A stretch of 64,000 nucleotides of DNA from a virus, in IMG/VR virus record IMGVR_UViG_3300043427_003501, positions 1 to 64,000 of that record; one strand, written 5' to 3'. How positions within the stretch are numbered: the stretch's first letter is position 1; the number at the start of each line of letters is the position of its first letter. The translations under genes and the position numbers were made by a program. This document shows positions 9,190 through 18,293 of this stretch, one piece after another. Under the pieces are notes generated by a model. That model was given only the letters and a program-made list of their open reading frames with translations, ran no database searches and was not told where the DNA came from.

Positions 9190-9569
9190 GCCTTGAGTTT
9201 CATGGATACGAAATGAAGAGAGAGCCAACGATGTTGCCGACTCCGAAGGAGTTCTGCGTCGAGAACAATCCCAGTTACGCTAAGTCACTCGTGACAGGGA
9301 TTGTCTCTCCTCTCTTTCATCTGCCTCAGATCATCTTCTTTGGATGTTTGTGGCCGTTCATCACCGCAATTGGCAAGAGCATTGCCTATATCGGACTGTC
9401 GATGTATGCGGGATTCACAGGCAGAGCGTCAGGCTACCGTACTACGGAGGTTAAGTCGGTCGCCATTTCGCAGGCAGATCGCCAGAAGGCGGTCAACAGA
9501 ATGTTGGAAGGCTCTGGCTTTGTGGCGGTACCAATTGAGGCCATCACTGAGCCGACTTCCGAGAAATGA
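9186..9569 (+). CDS. hypothetical membrane protein
   Basis: ATGA-coupled; central hydrophobic stretch; contains AGTCACTCGTGACA at 9283-9296. Confidence 0.55.
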   Translation: MSLEFHGYEMKREPTMLPTPKEFCVENNPSYAKSLVTGIVSPLFHLPQIIFFGCLWPFITAIGKSIAYIGLSMYAGFTGRASGYRTTEVKSVAISQADRQKAVNRMLEGSGFVAVPIEAITEPTSEK

Positions 9570-9757
9570 TTCCTTCGCCATGCAGCAAGCGATGCAAACC
9601 AGATTGGAATGCGAGCTTGTGTTTGTCCTGTCGCCGAACATTCGAAGAGATCGGTGCCTGGAACAAGCTGAGTGACGAGGCCAAAACTGTCATATTGGAG
9701 CGAATTAAGCATGGATCAAATTCAGACGATGCGCCTGGCAATGCAGGCGCTGCGTAA
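9566..9757 (+). CDS. DUF1289-like Cys-rich protein
   Basis: SPC...C......CLSCRRTFEEIGAW pattern. Confidence 0.65.
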   Translation: MIPSPCSKRCKPDWNASLCLSCRRTFEEIGAWNKLSDEAKTVILERIKHGSNSDDAPGNAGAA

Positions 9758-10259
9758 CGGAGCTCGAGTCTGGGATGCTATGGACATTCTCGACGCAGGC
9801 ATAAAGCTAGCTCAGGCTTCGGGAAACGATGAAGGGTTGGCGATCAAGGAGTGGTTCGACAAGACAGACTGGATGAAGGGTACATACGAACCCAAAGAGC
9901 TTGGCTTGCATAGAGCCGATGTCCTGAAGCAGAGAGTCGATCGCCTGCAAGCGGAAAATGAAAGGTTGCGAGAGGCTTTGCGTCTCATCAGCCTTGCAGG
10001 CCAAAACAGCATGAGCAGCCGCAGAGAGTGTGGAGCTTTAGCGCGGCGTGCTTTGGAGCAAGCGCCTTGTGACATCGCCGAAGATGGCGTTTGTGAGACG
10101 TTGGAATGCTGTAAAGAGCAAGAGCAGTCTCGGCGCGAATGGCAGAGCTTGACAGACACGGAGCGTGCGGCAATTCAGTACGAGAGTTTCAAACGCGGAC
10201 TGACCCCTCTTGAGTTCATGGAATTGCATGAGGCCAAGATGAAGGAGAAGAACGCATGA
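9711..10259 (+). CDS. modular hypothetical protein
   Basis: ORF with coiled-coil AENERLREAL and REWQSLTD module shared with neighbours. Confidence 0.6.
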   Translation: MDQIQTMRLAMQALRNGARVWDAMDILDAGIKLAQASGNDEGLAIKEWFDKTDWMKGTYEPKELGLHRADVLKQRVDRLQAENERLREALRLISLAGQNSMSSRRECGALARRALEQAPCDIAEDGVCETLECCKEQEQSRREWQSLTDTERAAIQYESFKRGLTPLEFMELHEAKMKEKNA

Positions 10260-10579
10260 AACCCATCACCATCGACCGAGCCGTGATCCAGCAGGCGCTG
10301 GAGGCGTTGGAAAGCCTGTTCACGTTGCAAGTGGACTATGCCCGTCCCAAGCAATGCGGAGACGCCATTACCGCCCTCCGCGCCGCGTTGGAGCAGCCGG
10401 AGCAGGAGCCAGTGGCGTGGATGCACAGGCACATTGAAGGCAACGTCATTACGCACAGGCCCGCCGACTTGGATAGGCACCCCGACAGATGGACATTTCT
10501 CTACAAGAACCCGACGCCATGTGAAACCTGTCAGGCGCTGGCCCGCACTGTGATGATGGATCAGATGGGGGCAGCATGA
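10256..10579 (+). CDS. modular hypothetical protein (ALEQPEQEPVAW)
   Basis: ATGA-coupled; shares a 41-bp segment with the gene at 10776. Confidence 0.65.
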   Translation: MKPITIDRAVIQQALEALESLFTLQVDYARPKQCGDAITALRAALEQPEQEPVAWMHRHIEGNVITHRPADLDRHPDRWTFLYKNPTPCETCQALARTVMMDQMGAA

Positions 10580-10912
10580 CCCAATGGAGAAACATAACCG
10601 GAGAAGCAGAAGACGGTCGTCTTGTTACGCATGTCGTTCCTGTTGCTGACTTGCGTGAACACTCGCTCACCTCTAAATGCTGGTGTGACCCAGACCTTGA
10701 TGAGTGGTATCGGGTTGCCACGCACCACAGCGCCGACAACAGAGAAGCGTTTGAACGCGGGGAAAGGAAAGCATCATGACCACACTACGCGAAGCCGCCC
10801 AGCAAGCTGTCGCGATGCTGAAGACGGGAATGCCAGAGTACGACGCTCACGATGTGCTGGAGGTGCTTGAGGCCGCGCTGGAGCAGCCGGAGCAGGAGCC
10901 GGTGGCGTGGAT
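10382..10912 (+). repeat. 41-bp direct repeat (10382-10422 and 10872-10912)
   Basis: GCCGCG(T/C)TGGAGCAGCCGGAGCAGGAGCC(A/G)GTGGCGTGGAT, 2 mismatches. Confidence 0.9.
10576..10779 (+). CDS. hypothetical protein
   Basis: HVVPVADLREH...CWCDP...HHSADNRE conserved-looking phage motif. Confidence 0.65.
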   Translation: MTQWRNITGEAEDGRLVTHVVPVADLREHSLTSKCWCDPDLDEWYRVATHHSADNREAFERGERKAS

Positions 10913-11168
10913 AAGCCCTGCGTCTGAGTCAATGATTGGCAAAACAGACGAGAACGGTTCGGCGTATCACATCATTACGACCAGCAAAAAGACGGCCAAC
11001 AACTCAGTCCCCCTCTTCACCTACCCACCCCGCCGCGAGTGGCGAGGGCTGACGGAGGAGGAAATCATTTCGCTGGCAAATGAACCGCGATGGCCTGTAG
11101 GAAATAGCTACGTTGTGCCATTCGCCAGAGCCATCGAGGCCGCGCTGAAGGAGCTAAACCATGAGTGA
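10776..11168 (+). CDS. modular hypothetical protein
   Basis: ALEQPEQEPVAW, REWRGLTEEE and FARAIEAALKE modules. Confidence 0.65.
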   Translation: MTTLREAAQQAVAMLKTGMPEYDAHDVLEVLEAALEQPEQEPVAWISPASESMIGKTDENGSAYHIITTSKKTANNSVPLFTYPPRREWRGLTEEEIISLANEPRWPVGNSYVVPFARAIEAALKELNHE

Positions 11169-11427
11169 ACAACCCGAAGCACTGCGGCTGGCTACCCAAC
11201 TTGAAAAGTATTGGGGCGCAGAGAGCGGCCACGACCGCGAACGACAAGCCGCCGCCGAACTGCGCCGCCTGCATGCGGTGAATCAGGAACTGCTGGAGGC
11301 GTTGAAGTTGGCGCTGTCTGCGCATGGCGTGCTTCTGCTGAGCGACCCCCCGCAAGATGCTTGGAAGACCTACGGTGTGGAGCAAAAGGCCCGCGCCGCC
11401 ATCAAGAAAGCGGAGGGGCAAGCATGA
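11161..11427 (+). CDS. modular hypothetical protein
   Basis: QPEALRLA...AAAELRRLH...ELLEALK...AAIKKAEGQA. Confidence 0.65.
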   Translation: MSEQPEALRLATQLEKYWGAESGHDRERQAAAELRRLHAVNQELLEALKLALSAHGVLLLSDPPQDAWKTYGVEQKARAAIKKAEGQA

Positions 11428-11627
11428 TTCGTCTTAGTTCGCCGCACAGCGGCACCGTCCAGTACGTCTCTCCGCAGGCCATAGCCCGCGTCATCGAAGC
11501 AGGCGCATCCAGTCAATGGCACGGAATCCGCTCGATTGTGAAGACATTCGACGGCGCGACCTTGGAATGCAGCGAGACAGCGCACGAGATCAACGCCGCG
11601 ATCGCCAAAGCGGAGGGGCAAGCATGA
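11407..11627 (+). repeat. 21-bp perfect direct repeat flanking one gene
   Basis: AAAGCGGAGGGGCAAGCATGA at 11407-11427 and 11607-11627; each copy carries the SD and overlapping stop/start. Confidence 0.9.
11424..11627 (+). CDS. hypothetical protein
   Basis: 67-aa ORF between the two 21-bp repeats. Confidence 0.65.
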   Translation: MIRLSSPHSGTVQYVSPQAIARVIEAGASSQWHGIRSIVKTFDGATLECSETAHEINAAIAKAEGQA

Positions 11628-11878
11628 GCCGCGACGACATCATCCGCATGGCGCGGGAGGCTGGCGACGTTGAAATTGACCGTCGTGGCCGAGAGACTTT
11701 CAGCTACGACAGCTATGGCCTGGAACGCTTCGCCGCCCTTGTCGCCGCTGCCGAGCGCGAGGCGTGTGCGAAGGTGTGTGACCAGAAAGTTGATGCCGAG
11801 TACGCCACGGGGAAGGTTGACCACAACGAGATGGGATGGACGCAGGCTTGCGCCATTGCCATTCGCGCAATGGAGTAA
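11624..11878 (+). CDS. modular hypothetical protein
   Basis: DIIRMAREAG...LERFAALVAAAEREACAK...CAIAIRA. Confidence 0.65.
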   Translation: MSRDDIIRMAREAGDVEIDRRGRETFSYDSYGLERFAALVAAAEREACAKVCDQKVDAEYATGKVDHNEMGWTQACAIAIRAME

Positions 11879-11880
11879 GT

Positions 11881-12117
11881 ATGAACAGGGATAACGTCGT
11901 CAAATTGGCGCATGAGGCGGGATGTGCGGTGTACGAGGGCAGAGATATTGCCCCTGCACTGGAACGCTTCGCCGCCATCATTCTCCAAAATAAACGGTCT
12001 CTTACAGATGCCGAAATTGGCGCAATTTGGTTTGAAGCCAAGATTCCTGGTCTGACCGAAACTAATGCCAGACTGCTCATTAGGGCAACTGAGCGCAAGA
12101 TCAGGGAACTTCAATAG
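11881..12117 (+). CDS. modular hypothetical protein
   Basis: LAHEAG...LERFAA...SLTDAEI modules; SD GGAG. Confidence 0.6.
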   Translation: MNRDNVVKLAHEAGCAVYEGRDIAPALERFAAIILQNKRSLTDAEIGAIWFEAKIPGLTETNARLLIRATERKIRELQ

Positions 12118-12183
12118 CCAGTATTTCTACTCCTGATTCGTTGCGACAGAATTATCAGATCGCAACACAACAAGGAGCGTCAT

Positions 12184-12432
12184 ATGCGGATTCGCAAACT
12201 CGCCGAGCCTCTCAACGACAAAGCTGAGGGTTATTGCGGCGGCTTTCCCTACACCACCGAACTCGCCGGACCTGACGGCGTTTCCATTCATTTCTGGGTT
12301 GGCGCTCAGACAGTTACGGAAGAGATGCTGCAGGCCGCTCTGACGAAGGCGCGCAGGGCGCGAGATGTCGTCTGTGCCAGCTGGAGCGAAGGCATGCCCA
12401 TCAAGTTCTGGGCGCATCAGGACATCAATTGA
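12184..12432 (+). CDS. hypothetical protein
   Basis: SD AAGGAG; 82 aa. Confidence 0.6.
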   Translation: MRIRKLAEPLNDKAEGYCGGFPYTTELAGPDGVSIHFWVGAQTVTEEMLQAALTKARRARDVVCASWSEGMPIKFWAHQDIN

Positions 12433-12442
12433 AGGAGCGCAC

Positions 12443-12634
12443 ATGACGAGCAAATGGAAATGCCGCGAGTGTGGCTCGATCAACGTCCAAATCTCTCTGC
12501 CTACGTGGTATCGAGAGTCCCAAGATGGCGATCTCATGCTTGTGGATACTGACTACGAAGCCGATCCTATCTACTGGTACTGCGAGGACTGCGATACGTC
12601 CGATAACGGCAGTCCCGCTTTTGCATTGAGGTAA
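12443..12634 (+). CDS. zinc-ribbon protein
   Basis: CRECGS ... WYCEDC; SD AAGGAG. Confidence 0.6.
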   Translation: MTSKWKCRECGSINVQISLPTWYRESQDGDLMLVDTDYEADPIYWYCEDCDTSDNGSPAFALR

Positions 12635-12636
12635 AG

Positions 12637-12852
12637 ATGACCTACGCACTACACATCCGACGAGGAACTTTGGTTATTACAGACCCACAACGCCGGTGCT
12701 ACAACGGAGCCTATGCCTCGTCGCATATGGAGTGGTCACCCTGGGAGTTGTGGATCAAGGACTTCACATTCGATACGTTGGAGAAGGCTGAATACACGGC
12801 CAAGCTGTTCTGCCGCGAGGATCAGCAAGTCAAAGCTGTGGAGCTTGAGTGA
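12637..12852 (+). CDS. hypothetical protein
   Basis: SD GAGG; TDPQRRCYNG motif. Confidence 0.6.
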   Translation: MTYALHIRRGTLVITDPQRRCYNGAYASSHMEWSPWELWIKDFTFDTLEKAEYTAKLFCREDQQVKAVELE

Positions 12853-13337
12853 ACATCTTCGTCCTTCACCGTGAACCGGCCATTGCAGCGCAAATGGCCT
12901 GTGACAAGCACTGCGTGAAGATGATTCTGGAAACGGCTCAGATGCTGGCCACTGTCATTCAGGCCAATGGCGGTACGGCCAAGTACAAGCCAACACATGC
13001 AGGCCATCCCTGCACGATTTGGGCAGGCCAATCGGCTCACAACTTCGCCTGGTTATGGCATCACGGCCTGGCGCTGTGCGAGGAGTACACCTTCCGCTAC
13101 GGCCGTACTCACGCCTGCCATGAACTGTTCGAGGGCGAGCTCCGCAAGCTGCCTTCTTCAGTACCTAAAGCAGGGCTGACCACATTCGCGCAGGCAATGC
13201 CTGAGCAGTATAAGCACCCTAATCCCGTCATTGCCTACCGTCGCTACTACCTGGGCGACAAGGCGCGTTTTGCCAAATGGACGCTACGTGATGAGCCATT
13301 GTGGTTCACCTATAAGCGTCCGGAACTGGAGGTTTGA
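12849..13337 (+). CDS. pyrimidine-dimer DNA glycosylase / endonuclease V-like protein
   Basis: MNIFVL...AAQ..CDKH.VKMILETAQML, YKPTH..HPCT.W, AYRRYY motifs. Confidence 0.75.
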   Translation: MNIFVLHREPAIAAQMACDKHCVKMILETAQMLATVIQANGGTAKYKPTHAGHPCTIWAGQSAHNFAWLWHHGLALCEEYTFRYGRTHACHELFEGELRKLPSSVPKAGLTTFAQAMPEQYKHPNPVIAYRRYYLGDKARFAKWTLRDEPLWFTYKRPELEV

Positions 13338-13777
13338 AAGTGATCTACTTCGATAAGGTTGGAAACAAGATTTCTCCAGCCAAATGGCATGAACTTCGTG
13401 CCGACCACTCCTACACCACTGTTCGTGAGTTTGCCAATGAAAAAGTCTCCATTCGAGTTATTTGGCATGGCGCTCTGACACTGGGTGAGTCGAAGTCATT
13501 CAGGGACACATGGCCACTGTTTCAAATCAGCGTATCAAATGCCAATGCGGCTGGTGAGTTCAAGCCTGACCCCGTTCTGGACTGCAAGACGTTCCCTTAC
13601 GAGAATATCGCCATTCAGGCATACGAGCACTTCCTTCTCCAGTGGTCGGAATGCAAGGTGAACGACAGTGGCGAGTTTGAGGAAGTGGGTAACGAGCTGA
13701 CACCGCCTCCGCCACCAAGTCCCGACATCCCTACCTCGACGATCAGGGGTACGGGTACGGACCTGATGGTGTGGTGA
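13334..13777 (+). CDS. hypothetical protein (Pro-rich tail ending in Trp)
   Basis: TTG start coupled to the upstream stop; SD GGAGG. Confidence 0.6.
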   Translation: MKVIYFDKVGNKISPAKWHELRADHSYTTVREFANEKVSIRVIWHGALTLGESKSFRDTWPLFQISVSNANAAGEFKPDPVLDCKTFPYENIAIQAYEHFLLQWSECKVNDSGEFEEVGNELTPPPPPSPDIPTSTIRGTGTDLMVW

Positions 13778-14063
13778 GGAGTACGGGAGCAGCTCTGTAT
13801 AGGGCTCTCGGACGGTGGCGCAGCCACTGTCGGCTATTACAGGCAAAGTCCTAGGCGTTTGTCCAAAATGGCAGCCAAGACGCCCAAGTCCTGAATTATC
13901 CTGAATTATCCTCAGCAGGATAATTCCTCATAAAAGTCCATAAAAGTACCCTGCGGCCGCTGTTGACACTCCTATGATCCAGCGGTATTCGCATGCGCGC
14001 TGGCGCGCATTCTTGATCAGTTCCTGCTCGGCACGTTCCCTACAAGGTGTCCTGCGAATACTG

Positions 14064-14190
14064 TTGTAACTCCTATCCGTGAGGTTGATACTTCAACCAT
14101 CGACAAACCCGCTGATGGAAATGAGAGCAAGGCCCAACATTCAAGTCTCCAAGCAATTTGCTTGTAACTCCAAGCCTGTGTCTCTACAGT
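14064..14190 (+). promoter_or_regulatory. tandem sigma70-like promoters
   Basis: TTGTAA-17-GATACT (14064-14092) and TTGTAA-17-TACAGT (14162-14190); both spacers begin CTCC. Confidence 0.55.
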
Positions 14191-14243
14191 TCAATCATCG
14201 ATTTATCGATGCCGTTCAACCCGCTCACCAAAGGAGTTTTTCC

Positions 14244-15098
14244 ATGAGCAAGCGCAAATCCAAGCAGCAGTCCGAACTGGACACCTTCTTTCACGCACTG
14301 GGCGTGGTGGAAGCCCCCACAACCGATGACGCTCTGTTGGCGTCGATGATCGGTGATCTCAACCTGGACGACGATGGCGAACTGCCCGAGCCGCCCAGCG
14401 AGATCATCGTGCCTGTCGATATGCTCTCGGGCGATCCGCTCGAAGCTGCGGTGGCAGACATCGAGAAGGCAGAAGCTGTTCAGGCTCTGTACGAGGAGCA
14501 GGACTCTGAGTTCGAGACTTCGGAGGCTGACAAGCCCTCGACCGAGACGGTCGCCGACTCTGCTAAGCCCGCGAAGGTCAAGAAGGAGCGTGCTGCGAAG
14601 GCTCCCAAGACCACTCGCGTCACCTCCATCACGCATCAACCGGGCGATCGTCTGGTGGCGATGCTCGGTGCCGACTACAAAGACTTCCTCGTCTTCTACA
14701 AGTCGGACGACACGATCGCTGCGGAGACTCGCGTCGAGTCCTTCGTGACCGCCATGAACGATCGCGAGGCGATTGCCGATAAGGTCAAAGACAAGGCCGT
14801 CATGCTGCTGACTTGGCTCAAGGCTGGCAAAGATGTCTCGGAGCTCAACGAGGTTCTTCGTCGGGCGTTCACGGTTCTCTTCCGAGACGGTGAACTGACA
14901 TCGGGCAAGGCGGGCAATCTCCAGACCGACCTGCTGTCCAAGCCGTACTCACCGGGTACGTCGGCATCGCAGGCGAATCAGATGTTCATGCTGTTCCCGA
15001 TTCTCGGTATCACCCAACGCGAGAAGGGTCGCATGGTCGTCAATCCGGACAGCACCATCGCTGAGGCGATGAAGATCAAGCTGGGTGTCGCGGCGTAA
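14244..15098 (+). CDS. hypothetical protein; acidic N-terminus, C-terminal domain distantly similar to the paralogs at 23592 and 25546
   Basis: SD AAGGAG; YSPGTSASQANQMFMLFPILGI resembles CSEGTASTQASSTRMMLRALGV. Confidence 0.75.
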   Translation: MSKRKSKQQSELDTFFHALGVVEAPTTDDALLASMIGDLNLDDDGELPEPPSEIIVPVDMLSGDPLEAAVADIEKAEAVQALYEEQDSEFETSEADKPSTETVADSAKPAKVKKERAAKAPKTTRVTSITHQPGDRLVAMLGADYKDFLVFYKSDDTIAAETRVESFVTAMNDREAIADKVKDKAVMLLTWLKAGKDVSELNEVLRRAFTVLFRDGELTSGKAGNLQTDLLSKPYSPGTSASQANQMFMLFPILGITQREKGRMVVNPDSTIAEAMKIKLGVAA

Positions 15099-15100
15099 TT

Positions 15101-15128
15101 GGGAGGGGCTTAGGCCCCTTCCTTTTTT
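15101..15128 (+). terminator. Rho-independent terminator
   Basis: GGGAGGGGC-TTAG-GCCCCTTCC followed by TTTTTT. Confidence 0.8.
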
Positions 15129-15170
15129 GAGCGTGTCACGTTGGCGCGCTGAAACAAGGAAGGAACCTAT

Positions 15171-15491
15171 ATGGAGGATGGAATCATGGATGCTGGCACA
15201 GCTTACTTGAGCCTGATGCGTGAGCGCAATGCCTATCGCGACATCGCCCTGCAGATGCAGATGGCGCTAGATGCGATCCGCGCTCTGCACCCTTCTGACA
15301 CCGAAGAAGGCTACAACGAGTGGGGCGAAGCGGAATGCTTCCATAGAGCTCAGCGTATCGCCTTCGACACCCTCAATCAACTCAACAAGGAGTATGGAAG
15401 TGGACCTCTCGATTCTGGACAAGATGTCAACCGAGGCGCTGCAGGCGATTCGAGATCGGACTCAGGACTTGCTTCAGGCGCGTTCGCGTAG
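15171..15491 (+). CDS. hypothetical protein
   Basis: SD AAGGA; overlaps the next ORF by about 100 nt. Confidence 0.45.
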   Translation: MEDGIMDAGTAYLSLMRERNAYRDIALQMQMALDAIRALHPSDTEEGYNEWGEAECFHRAQRIAFDTLNQLNKEYGSGPLDSGQDVNRGAAGDSRSDSGLASGAFA

Positions 15492-15714
15492 TGTTATCAG
15501 AGTCGGCGCCTTTGCCGAGTTCAAGGACAAGAATGGCGTCGTGCGGACTATCCAAATCACTCGGGTCAACGCCAAGAGCGTCACCGGGTTGGAAAACGGC
15601 AAGCTCCGCTGGCGCGTCAGCCCTCAGTTTCTGACAGTCAGGACTTTGCCAAGCGCTCCCGTGATAACCGCCGAGCGCCATGTGCCCAAGACCGAAGCCA
15701 CCGCCGTTTGGTGA
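15394..15714 (+). CDS. hypothetical protein (SH3-like beta core, tail ending in Trp)
   Basis: SD AAGGAG; IRVG...ITRVNAKSV...WRVSPQFL. Confidence 0.65.
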   Translation: MEVDLSILDKMSTEALQAIRDRTQDLLQARSRSVIRVGAFAEFKDKNGVVRTIQITRVNAKSVTGLENGKLRWRVSPQFLTVRTLPSAPVITAERHVPKTEATAVW

Positions 15715-16110
15715 CAGTAAGGCGCCTTTTTGGCGTTTTTTGGCTTCAGACCAAAATTTCCTAGGACTTAGCGGTTCTCCCTAGCGGCGACTGCTGCGCG
15801 ACACCAGCACACGATCTAGGACTGCGGTGTTCCTGCCATCAGAACGCGCTACAAGCGATTTCCAAGATGTCGGTAATGGTGAGGTACCACCGACAAAACG
15901 AAACCAAGGCCAAGGTGTTTTCGTCGGTTTGCCCTAGGGGCTTCCTATAGCACTTTGTGCTATAGGCCGATAAATAGGAGATTTCAACTCGCCTCTGTGA
16001 ACTCCCTGCAAAAGCGCTTCAAAGTCCTATAGCGGCTCGCAACAATGAGTCATGTCGCAAACACGGCGACAGGCACAAGCGCCATGCGCTTCATCTCAAG
16101 GAGTCACAGT

Positions 16111-16554
16111 ATGTGGGACAAGGAAGGTATTCAAAGGCTATTAGCCGAGAACGACAAGGCTGTCGTTCGGGCAGTGGCTGCAATCTATGCGCGCCAAACT
16201 GCATCCGAGCAGAGCACAGAGTCCACCGTTGAGTCCAACGGTGTCGGTTTCAACTACGCGGATGCTAGGCTTGGCACCTACTATGGGCAGTACATCGCTC
16301 GTCGGGGTGCCTTGACTGGCCATCATCTTCAGAAGGCTCGTCGGATGATGATGAAGTATTGGCGTCAGTTGGCTGAGATTGCGAACGCCAAGCAGCCGAC
16401 TGTGGTCGAGCCCAAGATCGAAGCTGCTGGCTTTCGTCCGATCGAACCTGACGAGGATGTTGGCAACTACCTCGAGGAGAAGATGATTCACGACGAGATG
16501 GCCGCTGCAGGCATGTTGGAGACCACAACTCCGCGCCCTGCTGATTGGGCTTGA
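16111..16554 (+). CDS. conserved hypothetical phage protein
   Basis: SD AAGGAG; IYARQTASEQ...NGVGFNYADA...KYWRQL. Confidence 0.7.
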   Translation: MWDKEGIQRLLAENDKAVVRAVAAIYARQTASEQSTESTVESNGVGFNYADARLGTYYGQYIARRGALTGHHLQKARRMMMKYWRQLAEIANAKQPTVVEPKIEAAGFRPIEPDEDVGNYLEEKMIHDEMAAAGMLETTTPRPADWA

Positions 16555-16565
16555 TCTCGGGAATC

Positions 16566-16607
16566 AGTCACGGGTGACTTGTGTTTCCTGCAAGCGCAAG
16601 TCACACT
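16566..16607 (+). promoter_or_regulatory. operator palindrome plus promoter
   Basis: AGTCACGGGTGACT overlapping TTGTGT-17-CACACT. Confidence 0.65.
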
Positions 16608-16642
16608 TCACTTGTCACTTTTGACAGCAAAGGAGAAACCAT

Positions 16643-17155
16643 ATGGGTTTGGATATGTATGCGTACAGGATTCGCCAAGACATCATTGGCGATGCTCAAG
16701 TGGACGTTGACGTCAACGATCTCGTCCTGAAGGCCAGTGGCTACACGACGCCCTCAGATGAGGAGTTTGAGAAGCTCAGCGACGAGGAGAAGAAGCGGCA
16801 CTACGCCGAAGTTCACAAGCTGATCGACCGGGCGAAGGAAGACGGCATCTTGGACACTGACTTTGCCTACTGGCGCAAGTTCAACCACCTGCATGGGTGG
16901 ATGGAGGAGCTCTACAGGCACAAGGGCGGCCAAAGCGAGTCCTTCAACTGCGACACGGTTCGCCTGATGCCAGACGATCTGGACGCGCTCTACGTCCTGG
17001 CAGCCAGCAAGGCGTTGGCACCGACGCAGGGCTTCTTCTTCGGAAGCTACGAGCCCTTCAACGACGACGACAAGGGTGAAGTCATCGACTTCATCCAGAA
17101 GGCTCGCTCGGCCATCAGGGACGGTTACGCCGTCCTGTACTCATCCTGGTGGTGA
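16643..17155 (+). CDS. conserved hypothetical phage protein (MGLDMY...YWRK family)
   Basis: SD AAGGAG; MGLDMY, YWRKFNHLHGWM, GFFFGS, YSSWW. Confidence 0.75.
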   Translation: MGLDMYAYRIRQDIIGDAQVDVDVNDLVLKASGYTTPSDEEFEKLSDEEKKRHYAEVHKLIDRAKEDGILDTDFAYWRKFNHLHGWMEELYRHKGGQSESFNCDTVRLMPDDLDALYVLAASKALAPTQGFFFGSYEPFNDDDKGEVIDFIQKARSAIRDGYAVLYSSWW

Positions 17156-17174
17156 TTGGCTGCTTTATTGGATA

Positions 17175-17188
17175 AGTCACAGGCGACT
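17175..17188. promoter_or_regulatory. operator-like palindrome
   Basis: AGTCACAGGCGACT, 1 mismatch. Confidence 0.55.
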
Positions 17189-17249
17189 AACCTTTTCCTG
17201 GGGTCGCTTGTGACAATTCACTGTCAGCAATCAACTGTGAGGAGTTTCT

Positions 17250-17567
17250 ATGGATTGGATCATCACCAAAGACAGGACTGCGGAGCCGGATGAGGCCTCA
17301 TTCGCAGGGCGAGGTATGCGCGATGGCGTATTTCATATCGGCCTGCAGCTTCAACAGGACGCAGATGAGTGGCGTAAGCAGGAACTGATCTTTCAGTTCC
17401 AACTGCTCAACGACGATGGCGAAATCGACCTCGATGGCGAGTGTGGCGACATTCAAAACGCCTACGAACTCGACGCCTTCGCCCCTCTCGATTGGGCGTC
17501 CGACCTGATTGGCTGCACCGAACTCCGTTTCAGACTGAAAGGATCAAAGCAATGGCAAACCCTGTGA
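17250..17567 (+). CDS. hypothetical protein
   Basis: SD GAGGAG; 105 aa. Confidence 0.65.
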   Translation: MDWIITKDRTAEPDEASFAGRGMRDGVFHIGLQLQQDADEWRKQELIFQFQLLNDDGEIDLDGECGDIQNAYELDAFAPLDWASDLIGCTELRFRLKGSKQWQTL

Positions 17568-17749
17568 ACGAACACAATTGGACAACCAAGAGATTCCACA
17601 GAACCATGCGTGAGGCGTTTCCAAACGATGCTAAATATGCCTGCGCTATCGAAGTCCACAAACCGTTTCGGTGCCTGGACTTTCCCATCTTTGCCGTAGT
17701 GACAGGACTGGCGGCTGTGTCCGCAATTCTCATGATCCTCGCGAGTTGA
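17552..17749 (+). CDS. small protein with C-terminal TM segment
   Basis: RFHRTMREAFP motif plus hydrophobic tail. Confidence 0.55.
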   Translation: MANPVNEHNWTTKRFHRTMREAFPNDAKYACAIEVHKPFRCLDFPIFAVVTGLAAVSAILMILAS

Positions 17750-17752
17750 CGC

Positions 17753-17947
17753 ATGGAAACTTCCACAAAAGCCACGTTTCATAAATCCTGCAACTGCCAT
17801 ATGTGCAGGCTTGGCAGGCAGCATTTCGACAGGAATCTGAATGAGCGGAAGCTGCGTAGGAAGTCAAAGAAGCAACTCCTCGACTATCGGCTCAAGGGCT
17901 CAGAAGATGTGGAAATTCATCCTATCTCAAGCCCCTTCACGGACTAA
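17753..17947 (+). CDS. small basic Cys-motif protein
   Basis: CNCHMC; Arg/Lys-rich. Confidence 0.5.
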   Translation: METSTKATFHKSCNCHMCRLGRQHFDRNLNERKLRRKSKKQLLDYRLKGSEDVEIHPISSPFTD

Positions 17948-18007
17948 ATCCATGTTTGAAGCAATCCTCGTGTGCATCCTGTACGGAATTCTTGTAGGAA
18001 ATAGGAA

Positions 18008-18211
18008 ATGACTTCAGTGCCAAACAATGCTTTGAGGCTACTTAGGATCGAGGGTGATCTTGTTGCCGTCTATGAAGGCAGGAGGCGTCTGGCCATCTTT
18101 GCGGGTGCCAGGCAGTTGGATCGAGAGTCAGCCGAAACTCTGCGGCTGACGCCTGAAGCAACTATCTTGGCGCAGCCCATTGAGCCTGTCGAGAACCCAA
18201 CGGCCGCTTGA
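18008..18211 (+). CDS. hypothetical protein
   Basis: 67-aa ORF with SD AGGA. Confidence 0.45.
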   Translation: MTSVPNNALRLLRIEGDLVAVYEGRRRLAIFAGARQLDRESAETLRLTPEATILAQPIEPVENPTAA

Positions 18212-18224
18212 AAGTGTCCTGCTA

Positions 18225-18259
18225 AGTCACTTGTGACTCCATGCGGCGAGCGTCAGAAT
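18225..18259 (+). promoter_or_regulatory. operator palindrome plus promoter
   Basis: AGTCACTTGTGACT overlapping TTGTGA-17-CAGAAT. Confidence 0.65.
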
Positions 18260-18293
18260 CAATCATCGCAATCAACGACAAAGGAGTGACGCG

